A DNA stretch of 64,000 nt from Podarcis gaigeae (Eukaryota): assembly GCA_964106915.2 (NCBI GenBank), contig OZ066918.1; one strand, given 5' to 3'. Positions 12,101 to 64,000 of this stretch are shown one piece after another; the first letter of the stretch is position 1, and each line of letters begins with the position of its first letter. The translations under genes were made by a program, and so were the position numbers. A model generated the notes under the pieces. The model was not told the origin of the DNA, made no database searches, and saw only the letters and a program-made list of their open reading frames with translations.

Positions 12101-13089
12101 GATCAGTGCCTAAAAAGCACGAGACAAGTGGGAAAGCGTGCTTCTAGGCATAGCACAAGGCAAGGAGAAGTGTAGACAAGGCCCCTAATGGTGGAGGAGC
12201 ACAGGATGCAGAGTAAACGGGAGTCTCAGCAACCTAATTGAGAAGGGGGGAAGCCCATTTTGGTTCTGACCAATCGAGACTCAAAATCTTTGCTGATGAA
12301 CTGGAATTCTCTCCCACAGAGACGGGTCAGTTGATTCCGATCTACCTTTTGCCCATCCTTGCTCTAGCAGGACAGGTAGAGGCAAAATAAGACATTGCTA
12401 CTGCACCTTTAGTAGTTGTGTAGAAGAGGGAATTGAAGTAGCTCTTGTATCACCTAGTTGGCCACTGTCAGAAAAGAATGCTGAATAAGACAGATCTTTT
12501 GTGTACTCTAACAGAGCCCTGTCCTCTTTTGCAACTCTCCACCTACCCTACATTAAGTGAATTATGGTTAGAAAAAATATTTGCTCGTTATGTCTTTCAG
12601 CTTAATCAGAGGTGCCATAGGCTGCAAGGAATGGTGTCCTGTGATGTTGGGTTGGAGGGGTATTTAATATTGACAAAGTGGTCCATAGGCTCAGTGGTAG
12701 AGCATGTGCTTTTATTTATTTATTATTAAATTTATTTCCTGCCCTTCCTTCCAAAGGAGCCCAGGATGGCAAACAACAAGCAACGAAACAGTAACATATT
12801 TAAAACAATTCCAACACAGATGCAGACTCTGAAAGATCTCAACTTAAAAAGCATGTTGAAAGAGGTAAGTATTCATCAGGCCACAACTGCTCTGATAACC
12901 CCCATGCTTTCTCTTCTCCTTTTGCCCTAGTTAGCGGTCTTTCCTTTATTTCAACTCCCTGTCATCCTACATCTTCCAGGCTTGCTCTGACCCACATTGG
13001 GTCACATAGTACATAGCCAGGAACTAGGAGAGTCCACATTAATGGACTAGGAGAGACCACATTAATGTTAAGTGCCAGTTTTAAAGTTA

Positions 13090-13419
13090 GTAAAGGTAAA
13101 GGGACCATTAGGTCCAGTCGTAGCTGACTATGGGGTTTACTGGCCGAGGGAGCCGGCGTACAGCTTCCGGGTCATGTGGCCATCATGACTAAGCCGCTTC
13201 TGGCAAACCAGAGCAGCGCATGGAAACACCGTTTACCTTCCCGCCGGAGCGGTACCTATTTATCTACTTGCAGTTTGACGTGCTTTTGAACTGCAAGGTG
13301 GGCAGGAGCAGGGACTGAGCAACAGGAGCTCACCCCGTCGTAGGGATTCAAACCGCCGACCTTCTGATCGGCAAGCCCTAGGCTCTGTGGTTTAACCCAC
13401 AGCGCCACCCACATCCCTT
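13090..13419 (-). mobile_element. Sauria-type SINE
   Basis: Reverse-complement homologue of the 48149 copy; 13-bp TSD agttttaaagtta at 13077-13089 and 13420-13432. Confidence 0.88.
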
Positions 13420-14029
13420 AGTTTTAAAGTTACTTTGCCCCAATTTTTAACAATATAATATCATTCTTTCTCTCTCCCCCCCTTTTAAGATGGTCTATAT
13501 AATATATAATTGTGCTGCTTGTGCATTTGCTGACCATGGGTGAACGACACAATGGAAGTGTTCTAAATAAAATAAATTATTGTCTTAACTGCTTTGGAAT
13601 GGCGAGTCATATGTTGTGTTAATAAGTTGTAAGCCATGTTGGAGATCGTTGGACATCTTTAAAATAACACCAATGTGTAGAATATGACTCTCATAACTTC
13701 TGAAAACAATTTGAAGGTTAAAAAAAGTGTGTACCTTTGATAAAATTTGGTGGGGCTGCTTAGGGTAAGATAAAATTGTCTTCTGTGCATAAGAAGAGCA
13801 CCTTTCTCACCTGGCATGTGGACTGCAGGGCATGGACACCAACTGGCCATCAGCGTTATAGACACAGAATATTTAAAGGAAAGCTCTCTCGTACAACTGG
13901 GAAAATAGTACTTTCCATATTTGTTTACTTCTGAATTGAAATTTCCCCCCCCAAAAAAGAATGCTTTGTTTTGATGAAACAATACAACATTTGGTTAAGA
14001 GAACAAGCCAGAGGTCAAGAACAGAGTGT

Positions 14030-17000
14030 CCACTATTTGCATAAATGCCACATTTATTTCTTTAACTGAACAATGCCTTAAGTGTACACAAACAGTTGAA
14101 GACCCTAATTTCCAACACTCAATAGCTTTAAGACATCAAGAAAACTAGACTCGATTACTTCAGTATTGTTATTTATACAGTGGTACAGGGTGTGCCCACA
14201 GCAATCACATATATACAAAGCAAGAGAAATGGTCTCCCAGCATTTGGAGATGATGTCACAGGAAGAACTCATTTGGACAAACTAGATAATGGAAGCACAG
14301 GCAAAATAAGATTAATAAAAAATAAAAAGTAACCACAACCTTCATTTTTATACAGTAAGTTATTGATATTGAGTCACAGCTCATGAATGATAGTGATCCT
14401 CCCTACAGTTCATTGAACACACAACAGAAAGAAACAGTAAGAGCATATTAGAGAGTTATACATCTTGTGTTGTCACTTTTGCATGTTACCATATGGATAA
14501 GCAATCGCCTCTTAGTCCCACAGTTATTAGCTAATTGTGCTGCTTTTACTTGTTTCTCTGCTTTCCTGTTGCTCCTTGATAATTTATAAGACTACTTATA
14601 CTGGGCTCTGCTATCCCCCTACTGAAGGGCAGTTCAGAGAGCATTTGATATTTTAGGTGAGCTCATTCCCCAATAATTTATTAGAATGGGAAAGAGTTTT
14701 ATGTGAACAAAATAACACTGGCTTTTACAGTTACTGAAGGCCAGTCTCTAACCAATATATAATCTATGGAAGGGGATAAGTATGACATAATCTGAAATTA
14801 TTTTTCTCGTATAACATTATTATCTCTCACCAGCCCCCACCTTGAGATAATTATGATATGGCTGTGTGAAACAGAGCAGAGATGGAAGTCCATCCTGTCA
14901 GTATTTTATGCTTCATTTAATAGGTTCCTTTTCCTGCAGGACTTTCCAAAATATGCTTTATTCAGAAATGCTGTTTCTTGCCCCCTAACAAAGGTCTAGA
15001 TGATACTTGAAATTAAACAATTAATAAAAGGATCATTCAAAAATCTTTACATCTCAAATTAAGTAAAATGACAGTAAATCAGTGGAGACTCTTCTCAGAT
15101 TGTCTGAAGAGTGGTTGATAACTATATCAATGTGGCTTGACATTTTGGCAATGGATAAAGCCATAACCAGCAGAAAATATACCAAACGTAATGATATGCT
15201 AGGTTATCTAAATAACACTATGATGGACCATTAGATCTCTGTTCAATATTCCAACCAAAGTACTAAACAAAAAATCCTTTCAGGATATCCATGCTAGTTG
15301 GAGACTGGATCATCTCCATTAAGCTACTGTCAATTTGTTGAGTTCACAATTCTTTTTTTGTCATTGCATTTAAGCCCTGATTCAAACATTGCCTTTCATT
15401 TTTAGGGGCTTTGGGTCAAGCCTTTGATCCCTAACTCAAGTCAGTCATGTTGTCTGCAGGTTTGCTGGCCCCAGAAACATGGAACTCTTGAGCAAGACCA
15501 GACTGTAGCCCAATAGTCACACTGTCAGGAACATGGTCTTCAGGTTGGCTGACCTAAGCCATGCCTCTTATCAATCTATCACTCCCCATAAAATGCAGCT
15601 CTTCCAAGCTCTACTTCTTCATTCACAAGGCAAGGTTACATACACATTTTTGCATCTCTTGATTGTATGGAAAAGAAAGGTACTGACACAACTTCTTCAT
15701 CCATTGCCACTAACATAATTAAATCTCTTGACAATTTGATATGGACATAAATGAAGTAAAATATTTTTAAAGTTGTGTTTTTGTATGAAAGATAAGTGTT
15801 GTGATCCTATATATGACTTCCTTGTTGTAGGACAGCCTTCAATCATGTGCATAATTACTTGGGAGTAAGCCCCACTGAACACTGAAAGACTTACTTTCAA
15901 GAAACATGTTCAGGGCTGTACTTGTCCTGTTCTTTTTTAAAACAAGTCCAGATGATTTCTTCAACGTAGCCCAAGGTAGCTTTGAACTTATAGCATGAAA
16001 ATCACTCAGGACATTTCAGAGAAATTCATTAGCTGCTTGCTGTCTGACTGCAAATTTTGTTGTTGAAAGGCTTCTACTAGATCAGACACTGATAAGAGAG
16101 TAATAATCACCACTGATTAGAAACTGAGAATCAGTTATGGATTTTAATTATATAATATTTAGACATAGGCTGGGAAGTTAAAATGAATCAAAGTTGCCAC
16201 CAAGGGTATTTAATTTTGCTGTTTATGCATAAAGGGAATGTAAATCATGGGGATTAAGTACCACATATTGATTTGAGTGGGCTGTAAAATAGGATCCTAT
16301 ATATAAAGAGTTAACAGGAGATTCTTAAAATCAGATATGAGTCATGCTTAATTGATTGGTGCCAAAAAACTATTATTTGTTTTACTTTGTCTTACCCAAA
16401 TTTGAAAGAAAATTGGCTATTTGTTTTACCAGAAATAATTGCTTAAGATGCAGATGTATTTTTGAAGGAGACTTTTAACGTATCACTAGATACAAGAGTG
16501 AAAAGAGGTATCTTTTATAACACACTGTTCCAATCTTATACAAGGGTCCTATCAGTCTTGCTACATAAAATAATCTACGTATTTCAAACCTACTTTTCTC
16601 TTAAAAGAAAATGACAATGGGTATTTCCAGACAATCAGTTTTGAGTGTAATAAACATACAGTAGTTTTTCACTTATTCTGGGAAGCCCAGGGGTTGTCCC
16701 TTGAAGATGCACTTCTGCTGAGCAGATATTGTATTTCTCCCAAGTGTTCCCTAAATACTGTGAGAGTTTTTATTAAGTACCTTGGAAAATGCAATTCTTC
16801 TCTCAGATAGTGCAACTGTTACTATTTCAACTGCTGTGTAGGATGTGGTTGTGTGAGTGTCACAGGAACTTACTGAACACTGCCTGCAACAAGAATGGTG
16901 ATAAAGTGGCCCAACTTGTTCCTCCGATGCCATAAATAATGGCCGATGGGGAAAGGGTGAAGCAAACCCCCCTCCCATCATTCCTGTCTTGGGAAAATAT

Positions 17001-18137
17001 GAACTCACCTCCAGCAAAACATCCCTATTAAGATTGAAGGTCCATTTCAACGTTACATGCAGATGCGCATAGCATCCCACTGATAGATTGGGGAGGGGGT
17101 GTTGACTGTTTCTTTAAATAAAAAGCGACCTTGGGAGGTTGCTCATGGGAACAAATAATGCTAATGGAGAGGGCGTTTAATCCCTTCCCTACCAGCTATT
17201 CCTTCTGCTCAAAATGGGCATCTGGAAGAGGCTGTTTAGAGAAGAAAAAATACAATGGGGAAAATTCGGTACATGCTTAACCACAAGCCTCACTGCTATT
17301 CCTTCACTTCTAATCACAGTCTCCTGAAGCTAGTTTTCATTATATAAAGAGCATTGGGGGAATGTTATACATATCTGCATGTAACATGTAGTTCAGCCTT
17401 TAGTTGAACAAAACAAACATTGGCTAGGTGACTGAAAAGAAGAAGAAACCTGCTAGGCAGCAAGTGCAGTATTTGAAAGAAAACCAAGATAGGCTCACAA
17501 AAAAAGCTGACAGGGCCCTCTCCCATCACTACACTGACTCACTTCCACATCTTTTCTTTTAGCAGAATTGAGATGCAGTATAATGTATGTGCGTAGGTGG
17601 AAAAAAACAACACCACATGATAAACAGAATGTACATTTTTCAGTGAAGTAAATAGAAATAAATACTTTATAAATATAATCTCATCCTACTCTTTCTTGCT
17701 CTATCAAGTAAAATGTCAATAAGTTATGAATTAGCTGAACACAATCCTATCACTTTTATCTCCTTTGAGTAACATGTTTTATAATGTTCACACTTTTACA
17801 GATTCCTTTCTCCTTAAATTGAACAGTTGCTTTAAAAATTAAATCATTTTTATTTTTTAAAAAAGACTCTTGCTTTGTTAGTGGTCATATGTCACCTAGG
17901 TCACCCAATAAAGAGATGGGCGGAAGATCACATGTGCACAAGGATTCCAGGGTGTACCAGGCTTCTAAAGTTACAACAGAAATGAATTTGGCCAATGAAA
18001 CTGTAACTTGAGATGGATCGCTCTGTGGCGCAGGCATCTGGCGAGATGAATGACAGAAGAGATCCAAATTTAAAATGGGGACCCTCAAACAGCACCCATT
18101 ATTTCACTTGGTTTGATGAGATGGGCGGCCCTTTAGG
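14030..18137 (-). other. KIF1A: Probable long KIF1A 3'UTR (~4.1 kb)
   Basis: AT-rich stretch with no obvious TE after the stop, ending near an AATAAA at 14058-14053. Pumilio-type TGTATATA at 14217-14210. The 3' boundary is inferred. Confidence 0.6.
14053..14058 (-). terminator. Probable distal KIF1A polyadenylation signal
   Basis: AATAAA on the minus strand at the end of the TE-free block, with GU/U-rich sequence downstream. Confidence 0.55.
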
Positions 18138-63828
<45,691 letters not shown>

Positions 63829-64000
63829 CTACTTGCACCTAAACCATTATCTTACCTCTGTGCCCTCAAAAGCTGGTGCTGAAACCTGCTCTGCTCACTA
63901 GAGGCACATTAATACATAGGAGAAATTCCCATCTCTCTTGGGACTGGCAAATAAAAAATGCTTCTCAAACAATAGTGGGAGCCTGTTTATCCTGAATTTT

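Noticed and set aside
13024-13068. Short tandem duplication (actaggagag.ccacattaatg twice)
   Set aside because: Ordinary local slippage duplication with no evident function.

Overview
Vertebrate genomic DNA from a squamate. Sauria-type SINEs with ACCTTT tails suggest a lacertid-like lizard (inference). Two intron-containing genes lie head-to-tail on the minus strand. (1) A complete ILKAP gene (PP2C/PPM phosphatase): 12 coding exons, ATG at 11271, TGA at 1289-1291, 394 aa, with a CpG-island promoter at about 10.8-11.8 kb. (2) The 3' half of KIF1A (kinesin-3): 24 exons from 63763 down to the TAG at 18138-18140, encoding about 968 C-terminal aa including the PH domain, followed by a ~4.1 kb 3'UTR that ends ~2.8 kb from the ILKAP start codon. 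The exon chains of both genes keep frame across all splice junctions. KIF1A carries the alternatively spliced exon-25b-like exon, two frame-preserving microexons (27 and 24 nt) in a 13 kb intron, and a GC-AG intron. The most interesting signals are unannotated-looking exon candidates in KIF1A introns: an in-frame 104-codon terminal/poison exon, a stop+AATAAA terminal exon after exon 25b, two ATG-bearing exons that would give motorless tail isoforms, and a further 27-nt microexon. An inverted SINE pair brackets six exons, a circRNA-type geometry. These candidates are sequence-based inferences and need RNA evidence. The rest is SINEs, hAT and mariner MITEs with intact TSDs, CR1/L2 remnants and microsatellites. 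No prokaryotic-type system, CRISPR array or RNA gene was found.
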